The notes under the pieces were generated by a model. That model was not told the DNA's origin, did no database searches, and worked only from the letters and a program-made list of their open reading frames with translations. From an uncultured Thermomicrobiales bacterium (GTDB lineage: Bacteria; Chloroflexota; Chloroflexia; Thermomicrobiales; UBA6265), in the NCBI GenBank assembly GCA_902806335.1, contig CADCWG010000290.1, positions 1-54,035 of the forward strand: a stretch of 54,035 bases of DNA, read 5' to 3'. Numbering within the stretch: position 1 is the stretch's first letter; every line of letters starts with the position of its first letter. The translations under genes and the position numbers were made by a program. Of the stretch, positions 32,480 through 41,967 are shown one piece after another.

Positions 32480-33928
32480 TCATCCGCCATCGATCACTTC
32501 CGGGCCCTCGCGGTGACGGGTCCGGAGCCGGCGCCAGCGGGCCGCCTCGACCGAGCGCCCGTGGAGCAGGCTCGTGGAGCCCAGCCCGAAGAGGATCAGC
32601 GCGACCGCGATCAGCACCTTGATCACCCCGAACAGGTCGGCCGACGCCGCCGCGAAGAAGATCGGGATGAACGAGACGGTGTTCGAGATCGTGAAGAAGG
32701 TCGCGTAGACCCGCGCCCGGATCTCCTCGTGCGACCGCTCCTGGAGGATGGTCTGCGCCGGGACGAGGATGAAGGCGTTGCAGACGCCGAGCACCGCCAG
32801 CAGCGCGCCGGTCACCGCGGTCCGCAGCGCGACCGGCGCCTCGCCGTCGATCGTGACCAGGTCGAGCAGGTCCGAGGCGGTCGCCGCGAGGAAGACCATC
32901 ACGCCGGCGACCGTCATGGCGAGGTCGATCAGGCGCGTCCGCTCGATGCGCCGCGTCACCCGGCCGACCACGAGCACGCCCGTGAGCACGCCCATCCCGG
33001 CCGGCGCCACGATGTACCCGATGTCCTCCTTCGGCAGCCCGATCACGCCGGTGATGAAGTCGGGGCCGAGCGCCGCGACCATCAGAAAGGTCGTCGCCGC
33101 CAGGGTCAGGTGCCCGATCGCCTTGATCAGGATCGGGTCCTGGAGGATGTAGACCAGGCCCTCCTTGATCTCCTCCCAGAGCCGGAGCATCGGGTGGACC
33201 GCTTGCCCGGGGATCGCCAGGGCTCGCGGGCTGGCCACCCCCTTCGGCAGCGTCAGCACGAGGCCCGCGCACCCGAGGAAGGCGAGGACCGTCACCGCGA
33301 GCAGCCGGTCGATCCCGAGGACCTTGACCAGCACCGGTCCGAGGGTCGCGAAGCCGACCAACTGCGCGGCGGTGAAGGTCAGGTTGAAGAGCGCGTTCGC
33401 GCTCATCAGTTGCCTGCGGGGCACCAGCGAGGGGATCGTCGCGCCCTGGGCCGGGGCGAAGAACTGCCCGGCGATGCCGAAAAAGAAGGTGCCCAGGTAG
33501 TGGGCGACCAGGATCGTCTCGACGTGCCACTCCTCCCGGATCAGCAGGAAGGAGATCACCGAGACGGCCCGCAGGGCGTTGACCGCCGCCATCAGGGTGC
33601 GCCTGTCCATCCGGTCGGCGACGACACCGGCGATCGGCCCGAACAGCACCGAAGGCAGCGAGAACGCCAGGATGACCAGGCTGATCGCCGTGTTCGGTTG
33701 GTCGAGGTTGTGGTACTCGACGATCCCGCGCACCCGGAGCAGGAGCGCGAAGTTGATCATGTTCTGGGCGGTCTGGGAGATGGCCTGGGCGAGCCACAGG
33801 CGGAGGAAAGGACCATTGCGGAGGACGGCCGCGATCGAGTCCTCACGGGCGGCCTGGGCTGGGACCACGTGCAGGTCGGTCGCGCCGATCGCCGCCGACG
33901 GATCCGCTCGCCCCTCCTCCGCCACCAC
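32480..33928 (-). CDS. MFS transporter
   Basis: Twelve-plus hydrophobic helices and an MFS-like 'GPIAGVVADRMDRR' motif between TM2 and TM3. Confidence 0.75.
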   Translation of the reverse strand: MVAEEGRADPSAAIGATDLHVVPAQAAREDSIAAVLRNGPFLRLWLAQAISQTAQNMINFALLLRVRGIVEYHNLDQPNTAISLVILAFSLPSVLFGPIAGVVADRMDRRTLMAAVNALRAVSVISFLLIREEWHVETILVAHYLGTFFFGIAGQFFAPAQGATIPSLVPRRQLMSANALFNLTFTAAQLVGFATLGPVLVKVLGIDRLLAVTVLAFLGCAGLVLTLPKGVASPRALAIPGQAVHPMLRLWEEIKEGLVYILQDPILIKAIGHLTLAATTFLMVAALGPDFITGVIGLPKEDIGYIVAPAGMGVLTGVLVVGRVTRRIERTRLIDLAMTVAGVMVFLAATASDLLDLVTIDGEAPVALRTAVTGALLAVLGVCNAFILVPAQTILQERSHEEIRARVYATFFTISNTVSFIPIFFAAASADLFGVIKVLIAVALILFGLGSTSLLHGRSVEAARWRRLRTRHREGPEVIDGG

Positions 33929-33940
33929 CTCCGCGCCCGC

Positions 33941-34291
33941 CTAGTCCGCGCCGCGGGGCGACGACCCCGCCGCCCCGACCAGCGCCGGTGAGGCGGAGTC
34001 GGAATCGGATTCGGGCGGAGTCTCAGGGCCGAGGGTGGCGTCCGCCGCGCTGTCCAGGCGTTCTCGGAGCGCCACGGCCTCGGCGTAGGCGGGCCCGCGG
34101 CTCACGAAGCGCTTGAGCCGCTTCTCGAGGGTGCGGCGGGGCAGCAGGACCTTATGATCGCAGCCGTGGCAGCGCAGCCCGATGTCGGCGCCCAGGCGGA
34201 CCACGGTCCACTCGTGGGAGCCGCAGGGGTGCGGCTTCCGCAGGTGGACCACGTCGTCGCGGAAGATATCGATCGGTCCCGTCTGGGGCAT
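33941..34291 (-). CDS. DUF951 family small protein (CHC-type zinc-binding)
   Basis: 'DIFRDDVVHLRKPHPCGSHEWTVVRLGADIGLRCHGCDHKVLLPRRTLEKRLKR' matches the DUF951 core. ATG at 34291. Confidence 0.7.
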   Translation of the reverse strand: MPQTGPIDIFRDDVVHLRKPHPCGSHEWTVVRLGADIGLRCHGCDHKVLLPRRTLEKRLKRFVSRGPAYAEAVALRERLDSAADATLGPETPPESDSDSASPALVGAAGSSPRGAD

Positions 34292-34692
34292 CGCTCGCTC
34301 CACGGCGAGGGTCTCCCGCCGTCCCCCTGAGTATACGGCGCCGCGACGGCGGAACCGGCCGCGGGGCATATCGGTGGGCGTAGGCGGGAATCGGGACTCG
34401 TCTCGGCCGAGAAGCGCTCGGCGTTGGCAGGTTCGGGTCGGCAAGGCCGTCCGGCGCGTGACCGACCGTCGGACATCGACGCAACCGCCCTCGTCCCGGT
34501 GTGCAAGCGCGGGCCGTAGGGTCGGAAAGGACGCCCGGCGCGCCCGTCGCGCCGCGGCCACCGGGCGTCCTTGGGTGAGGCGGAGCTACCGATCCCCCGC
34601 GCCGGATAGGGCTCGCCCGGTGCCCGCCGTATACTGCCGGGACCTTCGCGTGCTCCCGCGCGCAGCCACGACCGAGGAGAGGAGCCCAGACC

Positions 34693-35946
34693 ATGGCCGA
34701 TGCCGCCGTGACCTTCGGCGACCGCACGCCGCCCCAGGTGGCCCCGCTCAACCCGCCCGAGCGGTCACTCTTCGGCCCCGGGCCGACGCCGGTGCACCCG
34801 CGCGTGATGCGGGCGATGGCGGCCCCCGTCCTCGGCCACCTCGACCCCGACTTCCAGCAGATCATGGCCGAGGTCTCGGACCTGCTGCGCTACGTCTTCG
34901 GCACCACGAACCCGGTGACCTTTCCCGTCCCGGCCACCGGGACCGGGGGGATGGAGGCGGCGCTCGTCAACGCGATCGCCCCGGGCGACCCGGTCGTGAT
35001 CGGCGTCAACGGCTACTTCGGCAACCGCATGGTCCAGATGGCCGAGAAGTTCGGCGGTCAGGTCACCCGCGTCGACGCCCCGTGGGGCGAGGTGATCCCC
35101 CCCGAGCGCTTCCTCGCCGCCGCCCGGGCGAGCGGTGCCCGCGTCGCGGCGGTGGTCCACGCCGAGACCTCGACCGGCGCCCTCCAGCCGCTCGCCGAGA
35201 TCGCCCACGGCCTGCGTGACCTGCCCGAGGCGCCGCTCTTCGTCGTCGACTGCGTGACGTCCCTCGGCGCCCACCCGGTCGAGGTCGACGCGCTGGGGAT
35301 CGACATCGCCTACAGCGGCAGCCAGAAGGCGCTCAGCGCCCCGTCTGGCCTCTCGCCGATCACCTTCGGCCCCCGCGCGATCGAGCGGATCGCCGGGCGC
35401 GCGCGTCCGGTCGGCTCCTGGTACCTCGACGAGGCGCTGCTCGCCAGCTACTGGGGCGACGCCAGGCCCCGGGCCTACCACCACACCGCGTCCGCGCCGC
35501 TGGTCTACGCGCTCCACGAGGCCCTGCGGATCGTCGCCGAGGAGGGTCTGCCGGCGCGCGCCGAGCGCCACGCCCGCAACCACGAGGCGTTCCGCCGCGG
35601 GGTCGAGGGCCTGGGCACCGAGCTGCACGCGCGGGAGGGGCACCGGCTCTGGACCCTGAACACGGTCCGCGTCCCCGCTGGGGCCGACATGGCGGCCACC
35701 CAGCGGCGACTCCTCGACGAGTACGGGATCGAGATTGGCGCCGGCATGGGCGAACTCGCGGGCAAGGTCTGGCGGGTGGGGCTGATGGGCTACGGCTCGC
35801 AGCGCCGCAACGTCGCCCTGCTCCTCGCCGCGTTCGGCGAGCTGCTCCACGAGGACGGCCTGCTGGCCGATGCGGGCGCCGGCGTCGCCGCCGCCAACCG
35901 TGCCTACGCCCAAGGCGCGAAGGAGCCGGCCCTCGTCGCGGACTAG
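34693..35946 (+). CDS. Class-V PLP-dependent aminotransferase (alanine-glyoxylate / serine-pyruvate aminotransferase family)
   Basis: PLP-lysine motif 'AYSGSQKALSAPSG' and the overall AGXT-like layout. Confidence 0.8.
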   Translation: MADAAVTFGDRTPPQVAPLNPPERSLFGPGPTPVHPRVMRAMAAPVLGHLDPDFQQIMAEVSDLLRYVFGTTNPVTFPVPATGTGGMEAALVNAIAPGDPVVIGVNGYFGNRMVQMAEKFGGQVTRVDAPWGEVIPPERFLAAARASGARVAAVVHAETSTGALQPLAEIAHGLRDLPEAPLFVVDCVTSLGAHPVEVDALGIDIAYSGSQKALSAPSGLSPITFGPRAIERIAGRARPVGSWYLDEALLASYWGDARPRAYHHTASAPLVYALHEALRIVAEEGLPARAERHARNHEAFRRGVEGLGTELHAREGHRLWTLNTVRVPAGADMAATQRRLLDEYGIEIGAGMGELAGKVWRVGLMGYGSQRRNVALLLAAFGELLHEDGLLADAGAGVAAANRAYAQGAKEPALVAD

Positions 35947-36046
35947 TGGCCGGGTATCCGCGTCTGCCGCTAGGGCAACGGCATGTCGCGCTCCCGCGGA
36001 TCGGATGTCACGGGCCACCAGAGGACGTCCGTGAATCGCCGGCGTC

Positions 36047-36523
36047 GTGCCCCAACGGTTGGCGCCCGGCGCGGGTCGGTGCGTGCCATTGGATCGACTC
36101 AGAGGCGGCGGAGCGACGACCGACGGGCGGCAGGAGGCGGATGTGGAGACGATCAACGGCGTGACGGTGGTCGCCCCGGATCCGGGGGGCCCCGTCGCGG
36201 AGGCGGCCCGTGGACCCGTCGTCTTCGGCCCTGAGCAGGGGAACCCCGCCTACATGGCGTGGGTGGGGGCGATGGCGGCGGGCGACCCGGGGCCGCCGCT
36301 CCATGTCCACCCCCACACGGACGAAGGCTTCTACGTGGCCGACGGCGAGCTGACGTTCGTCCTCGGGGACCGGGAGGTTGTCGCCCCGGCCGGGACGTTC
36401 GTCTTCGTGCCGAAGGGCACGGTCCACACGGCCCGCAACTCCGGCCCCGGACCGATGCGTGCCATCCTCCTCCTGTCGCCCGGAGAGGCCGAGCACGTCA
36501 CAGAGCCGGTCGAGGGCGGGTGA
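36047..36523 (+). CDS. Cupin-domain protein (possible GTG start near 36131)
   Basis: 'PPLHVHPHTDEGFYVADGELTFVLGDREVVAPAGTFVFVPKGTVHTARN' carries the two cupin motifs. Confidence 0.7.
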   Translation: MPQRLAPGAGRCVPLDRLRGGGATTDGRQEADVETINGVTVVAPDPGGPVAEAARGPVVFGPEQGNPAYMAWVGAMAAGDPGPPLHVHPHTDEGFYVADGELTFVLGDREVVAPAGTFVFVPKGTVHTARNSGPGPMRAILLLSPGEAEHVTEPVEGG

Positions 36524-37036
36524 CGCCCGCGCCGCTCCATCGCCAGCGCCCGGTCTCCAGTCCCGCGCTTGTCCGAGCCACGCCCCTCGCCAGGTCATCA
36601 CCGGCACGAGCCCCGGTGACGGAACAGGGTATCGGATTGCAACCGCGGACTTCGTCCCTCGCGTTCGCGGCGGGATCCGGCGGGCTCCGTGCCCGGGTCC
36701 AAGACCGCGTGACTCGGCTCACAGCGAACGTCGTGGCCGCCGTCGCTCACCTCGCCACCGACCAGTCGAATCCCGGACAACGCGGCTCGATCCCGACGTC
36801 CGAGTGGTGCCACGGGCGGGACTCCGCTCCAGTGGAGGCGCCACCCGTCGCCTGAAGGTTTCGCCCTGAACGGCAAGGAACAGCGACGACGGCGAGATCA
36901 CTCCGCGCGATGGCGTCGTGTCGGCGACGGCGAACCTCGTCGTCGCTTCGGAGTCGCGCCAGAGAACGTGCCCCCAGGTCGGCGGCACACGGCGCCGGTC
37001 GGGCTCCTCATCGATCCGTGTCGCTACCGAGGCCGC

Positions 37037-38014
37037 CTAGCACCTACCCGTCCGGAACGACAGCCATGCCCGCGCCTCGATGCCCTGGGCGGCCTGGAAC
37101 GCGCGAAGCGTCGGCAGGCCGGGTGGCGGCGGCCGCAGCGCCTGGCAGGTGAAGAAGCCGGCGAGGGCGGCCACCGCAGCCGTGACCGCCTCGGGGTCGG
37201 CGACCCGTCCGGCGGCGGACCGCGCGAGGAGCGTCTCCGGGTCCGGTCCGCCCCGCATGGCGACACTCGGGGCGAAGAACGCCAGGTCCAACCAGGGCGC
37301 CCCGACACGGGCGTGCGGCCAATCGACCACCAGGACCCTCTCCGGCGTCAACAGGAGGTTGTCGGCCCGGAGGTCGAGGTGCAGCAGGGTCTCGCCGGTG
37401 GCCGCGACCGTCGCGCCGGCCTCCAGCGCAACGAGCGCGTCGAGGTGTCGCGCGGACCAGGCGTCGAGCATCGGCGGTCGCTCGTTGCGGACCTGGCGCC
37501 ACCAGCCGGCGCTGAGCACACCCCAGTCGGCCACCCGCCCCACGTCCGCCCGCGACGGTGGCGGCGTGAGCACGACCGAGAGGGCCTCCAGGGCCTCGAG
37601 CACGGAGGACAGCTCGTCGTCGCGCCACGGCTGCGTGGGATGACGGCCCTCGACATCCTCGAACGCGAGGACGACCCAGCCGTCGTCACCCTCGTCGTGC
37701 GACCAGAGCAGCCGGGGCACCGGCGCGTCCGGCGGCAACGCGGCGACTACCATCGCCTCGCGGCGGTGCAGACGTGGCGCCTCGCGGTTCGGCTCGGGCC
37801 CGGCCGCCTTGACGAACAGCCGTCGGCCGTCGGCGAGCCGGAGTCGCACCGCGGCCCCGGGCGAGAACCCGCTCGGCTGCGACGCGACGGTCGCGATCTC
37901 GCTGCCCAGCCGGACAGCGACGGCCGACCGGACGCGGGCCGGGACGTCCTCCCAGCGGAGCCGGACGCCCGCCGCCGGGGGCGGCGTCGACCCTGGTCCC
38001 AGACTCTTGCTCAT
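37037..38014 (-). CDS. Phosphotransferase-family protein (APH / choline-kinase-like kinase fold)
   Basis: Catalytic loop 'LLHLDLRADNLLL' (Brenner motif) and 'LVVDWPHARVG' (DxD Mg-binding region). Confidence 0.75.
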   Translation of the reverse strand: MSKSLGPGSTPPPAAGVRLRWEDVPARVRSAVAVRLGSEIATVASQPSGFSPGAAVRLRLADGRRLFVKAAGPEPNREAPRLHRREAMVVAALPPDAPVPRLLWSHDEGDDGWVVLAFEDVEGRHPTQPWRDDELSSVLEALEALSVVLTPPPSRADVGRVADWGVLSAGWWRQVRNERPPMLDAWSARHLDALVALEAGATVAATGETLLHLDLRADNLLLTPERVLVVDWPHARVGAPWLDLAFFAPSVAMRGGPDPETLLARSAAGRVADPEAVTAAVAALAGFFTCQALRPPPPGLPTLRAFQAAQGIEARAWLSFRTGRC

Positions 38015-38175
38015 CTCGGGTTCCCGGGCCGGGGCGCCGACCGTGCCAGCGAAGTCGACATGCCTCGTCGAGGGCAGCGGCCGTTACCCGTCCGGCCGAG
38101 CAGGGCAGGCGAGAATGTGCGCGGCGGCCTCGCGGAAGGCACGGGGTCGCCGCCGAGGACCGCGCCGGTGTGCGG

Positions 38176-38481
38176 CTAGGTGAGACCTGGGATCTTGAGC
38201 CCGCCGGTCAGCGCCGACATCTTCTCCTCGGAGATCTTGCCCGCCTTCTCCATCGCGTCCTGGATGGCGGCGGTGATCATGTCCTCGAGCAGCTCGACGT
38301 CCTCGGGGTCGACGGCGCTCGGGTCGAGCTTGATGTCGTGAAAGGCGCGCGAACCGGTGACGTGGGCCTTGACCACGCCGCCGCCGGCCGTCCCCTCGAC
38401 GATCGTCTCGTCCAGCTCCTGCTGGATCTTCGCCAGCCGATTCTGCATCTGCTGGATCATCTTCATGTTTGGCTGGCCCAT
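38176..38481 (-). CDS. ybaB: Nucleoid-associated protein YbaB/EbfC
   Basis: 'MGQPNMKMIQQMQNRLAKIQQELDETIVEGTAGGGVVKAHVTGSRAFHDIKLDPSAVDPEDVELLEDMITAAIQDAMEKA' is the canonical YbaB sequence. 101 aa. Confidence 0.9.
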   Translation of the reverse strand: MGQPNMKMIQQMQNRLAKIQQELDETIVEGTAGGGVVKAHVTGSRAFHDIKLDPSAVDPEDVELLEDMITAAIQDAMEKAGKISEEKMSALTGGLKIPGLT

Positions 38482-38647
38482 GGTCGGTCCCCCCGCCGCG
38501 GCGCGGCGTGATCGCGGCCGCGTCCGGCCGGCTGTCGTCGTCGAGGCGCGCGGGACGGCCCCGCGAGGCGTCGGAGTATAGCAACCGGCCGCCGGGTCCC
38601 CGTCCGAGGACCCGGCATCCACACCGGTCACCCGCGCCCCCGCGTGC

Positions 38648-40441
38648 CTACTTCGCCGCGGCCGTCACCGCGGGTCGGGCCCTCCGCTTCCACGTCGCGA
38701 CGCGCTGGAGCATCTCCCGCGCGTTCTCCCGGGCGGCGGCCGTCACCGGCAGCCCGTCGAGCATCGCCGCGAGCTCGTCGATCCGCTCGTCGTCCCCGAT
38801 CGTCTCGACCCGCGACACCACCCGCCCGTCGCGCTCACCCTTCGCGATCCGGAAGTGCGCCTCGGCGAAGGCGGCGATCTGCGGCAGGTGGGTGATCACG
38901 AGGACCTGATGGCCGTCGGCCAGCCCCCAGAGCTTCTCGCCGACCACCTGCCCGGAGCGGCCGCCGACGCCGACATCGACCTCGTCGAAGACCAGCGTCG
39001 GGGTCGCGTCGGCCGCCGACAGGATCGACTTGAGCGCGAGCATCAGCCGCGCCGTCTCTCCTCCGGAGGCCACCCGCCCGAGCGGCTTGAGCGCTTCCCC
39101 GGCGTTGGGGGCGATCAGGAACTCGACGCGGTCCGCCCCGGAGGGGTCCACCGCCACCCGACGGTCCGGGTCCTCGGGGGTCGGAAACGGTGCCCCGTCG
39201 CGCGCGTCCACCTGGGTGATCCCGACCGCGAAGCGGGCGCGGCCCATCTTCAGGTCGCCGATGGCCGCCTCCACCTTGGAGGCCAGCTCGTCGCCCGCGC
39301 TCCGGCGCCGAGCCGACAGCGCCGCGGCGCGCCGCCCCAGGTCGTCCAGTAGCGAGTCCTCCCGCTCCCGCAGCGCGTCGACGTCCACCTCGCCGCCGGT
39401 GAGGCCTTCCAGCTCGCGGTCGGCCGCCTCACCCGTCGCGATCACCTCCTCGATCGTCGCGCCGTACTTGCGCTTGAGCGCCTTGAGCAGGTCGAGGCGC
39501 TCCTCGACGACCGCGAGGCGCCCGGGATCGGCCTCGATCCGGTCCCGGTAGGCCCTCGTCTCGGCGGCGACGTCCTCCAGCAGGTAGACGATCTCCTGGA
39601 GGCGTGCCGCCACCGGCGCCATCCCCTCGTCGACCCTGCCGACGTCGAGGAGATAGCCGCTGGCCTGGCGAAGTGCCTGGAGCGCGGGCAGCGCCGCGTC
39701 CACGTCGAAGGCTTCGTCGTCGCCGTGGACGAGGGCGTAGGCCAGCGCCGCGTCCGCGGCCAGGCGCTCGGCGTTCGCGAGCACCGACCGCTCGGCGAGC
39801 AGATCCTCCTCCTCGCCCGGACGCAGCGCCGCGGCCGCGATCTCGGCCGCCTGGAAGCGCAGCAGGTCGACCCGCTGCGCCCGCTCCCGGGCGCCGCCGG
39901 CCACGTCGGCGATCCGTCGCCGCAGCGCCCGCAGCTCCGCGACGCCCTCGGCGAGCGCCTCCCGCTCCGCCTGGACCCCGGCGAAGCGGTCGAGCAGTCC
40001 GAGTTGCTCGTCGGACCGCAGCAGGGAGAGGTGGTCGCTCTGGCCGTGGATGTCGACGAGGTGGACGCCGACGCGGGCGAGCATCCCGGCCGTCGCGGCG
40101 CGGCCGTTGATCCGCGCGCTGCTGCGACCGCCGGCCTGGACGTCACGGCTGAGGATCAGCACCCCGTCCTCCGCCTCGACGCCGATGTCGGCGAACGCGG
40201 CCGCGACCGCGGGACGATCGAGCAGGTCGCCGACGTCGAAGGTCGCCTCGACCCTGGCCGTCCTTGCGCCGGTGCGGACCACGTCGCTGCCGACCCGCTC
40301 GCCGAGGACGGCGCCGAGGGCGTCGATCAGGATCGACTTGCCGGCGCCCGTCTCGCCGGTCAGCGCGTTGAAGCCCGGCTCGAAGGCAAGCCGCAACTCG
40401 TCGATGATCGCGAAGTCCTTGATCGCCAGGTCGAGCAGCAT
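38648..40441 (-). CDS. recN: DNA repair protein RecN
   Basis: 'MLLDLAIKDFAIIDELRLAFEPGFNALTGETGAGKSILIDALGAVLG' (Walker A) and a C-terminal 'VLVITHLPQIAAFAEAHFRIAK' signature region. ATG at 40441. Confidence 0.9.
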   Translation of the reverse strand: MLLDLAIKDFAIIDELRLAFEPGFNALTGETGAGKSILIDALGAVLGERVGSDVVRTGARTARVEATFDVGDLLDRPAVAAAFADIGVEAEDGVLILSRDVQAGGRSSARINGRAATAGMLARVGVHLVDIHGQSDHLSLLRSDEQLGLLDRFAGVQAEREALAEGVAELRALRRRIADVAGGARERAQRVDLLRFQAAEIAAAALRPGEEEDLLAERSVLANAERLAADAALAYALVHGDDEAFDVDAALPALQALRQASGYLLDVGRVDEGMAPVAARLQEIVYLLEDVAAETRAYRDRIEADPGRLAVVEERLDLLKALKRKYGATIEEVIATGEAADRELEGLTGGEVDVDALREREDSLLDDLGRRAAALSARRRSAGDELASKVEAAIGDLKMGRARFAVGITQVDARDGAPFPTPEDPDRRVAVDPSGADRVEFLIAPNAGEALKPLGRVASGGETARLMLALKSILSAADATPTLVFDEVDVGVGGRSGQVVGEKLWGLADGHQVLVITHLPQIAAFAEAHFRIAKGERDGRVVSRVETIGDDERIDELAAMLDGLPVTAAARENAREMLQRVATWKRRARPAVTAAAK

Positions 40442-40618
40442 GGTGGCCCGGTCGGTCGTCCCAGGCGGCGCGGTGCGCGATGCCCCGCGCCGCCAGCCAT
40501 CACCAGGCGGGCAGCGGTCCCGGCACTGGGCCCTCAAGCATAGCCGCCCGGCCCTCGGCCGCGCCGCCGCCGGCACGCTCGCCCCCGCCGACCGGACTGT
40601 ACCCATGACCCTGGTCGA

Positions 40619-41566
40619 CTAGAGCTCGTCCCGCTTCACCGGCCCGGTCATGCAGTGGATCCCCCCGCCGGCCTTGATCAGCTCCGAGACGTCGACGGTG
40701 TGGACTTCGACGCCCGCCGCCTCGTAGGCCGCCTGGAGCCGGTCGCCGCCCGACGGCATCAGGAGCACCCCCGGGGCGAGCGCGACACCGTTGAGCGGCA
40801 GGCGGGTCTGGGCCTCGACCTCGTCCTCCGGGCCGACCTCGATCAGCCGGAACCCGTGCTCCCGCAGGGTCCGCACGACCGAGAACGGCGTCCGGTGCCG
40901 CCAGACGGCGGCGAGGTCGCGGTCCAGGATGCTGAGGACCCCGTCGAGGTGCATCGCGCCGTAGGGAAGCCCGACGCGGACCACCTCCCGCGTGCCGATC
41001 TCCCGGAGCGTCCGCTCGACCTGGTCGGCGCCGGAGCGGTTGGTTCGGAGCCCCTCCGCCAGAAAGCAGAGGTCGCGGTCCACCCAGGCGACGTCGGCCC
41101 CCTCGAAGGTGCCGTCGCCGCGGATCGTGGCCACGATCGGCGACCCGAGCGCCGCCAGCGCCGCGGCGACGGCCACCTCCTCGCCCGCGCGGACCGTCGA
41201 CGCCGAACGGCAGATGATCGCCCCCTCCGGCGTCATCAGCATCAGGTCCCGCAGGAACAGCGCGTTCGGCTTGTCGGGCCGCGTCGCGCCGACCTCGTGG
41301 ACGACCACCCCGTGGGCGCGATAGGCGTCGGCCAGCGCGTCGTGCTGGGCCCGGGCCACGCTGGGGAGGAGGTCCGCCCGCATCTGCACGGCATCGAAGT
41401 CCTCGATCCCGTCCAGCTCCGGCCCCGGGCGGTGGAGCAGCACCGCGCGGAGCCGACCGCACTCCGAGCCGACGCCGACGTCGCCCCAGACCGCGCCGAG
41501 CTCCTCCCGCAGCGACGCAACGCGTGCCGACCACCGCGCGCCGCCGTAAGCCGCCGTGAGTGCCAC
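40619..41566 (-). CDS. Amidinotransferase-superfamily enzyme (dimethylarginine dimethylaminohydrolase / arginine-deiminase-like)
   Basis: C-terminal catalytic-Cys motif 'GGGIHCMTGP'. Length ~315 aa. GTG start behind a G-rich RBS 'gggagggggaag'. Confidence 0.7.
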   Translation of the reverse strand: MALTAAYGGARWSARVASLREELGAVWGDVGVGSECGRLRAVLLHRPGPELDGIEDFDAVQMRADLLPSVARAQHDALADAYRAHGVVVHEVGATRPDKPNALFLRDLMLMTPEGAIICRSASTVRAGEEVAVAAALAALGSPIVATIRGDGTFEGADVAWVDRDLCFLAEGLRTNRSGADQVERTLREIGTREVVRVGLPYGAMHLDGVLSILDRDLAAVWRHRTPFSVVRTLREHGFRLIEVGPEDEVEAQTRLPLNGVALAPGVLLMPSGGDRLQAAYEAAGVEVHTVDVSELIKAGGGIHCMTGPVKRDEL

Positions 41567-41967
41567 GTCTTCCCCCTCCCCCGCCCCTCGTCCTTACCCC
41601 GCACCCGCGCCGAGTTCCGTTCTGGCCAACCGTGGCTCAACCCGCGCGCCCCGACTGGCAGCGCCGCCACGCTGTCACGCCGCCGCTGGGCCGTGGTGCC
41701 ACTGCAACCGGGAGGTGGCCGACGACACGCATGACGGAGTACCGCCAACCCGAACACCGACGCGACCGTCGCCCCTGCCGGGTCTCGGCCCGTTGGCAAC
41801 GCTCCACTCCCGGCGCCACCCGCGCGAGACGTCCACGCGAGACGGGCCGCCGCGGGGGGCAGCGGAGCGTCCCCGAGCATCGGCGCCTGGCGCCGGAGCG
41901 ACCGCGGGCGCCGCGCACGCCGGGTGCGTGCGCGGCGCGGGGACACGGTGATCCCGGGAGAACCGCG

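Noticed and set aside
36524-37036. 512-bp convergent spacer between the cupin and APH genes, scanned for a tRNA or ncRNA
   Set aside because: No cloverleaf-compatible arms, promoters or terminators could be recognised by eye. It is probably 3' UTRs.
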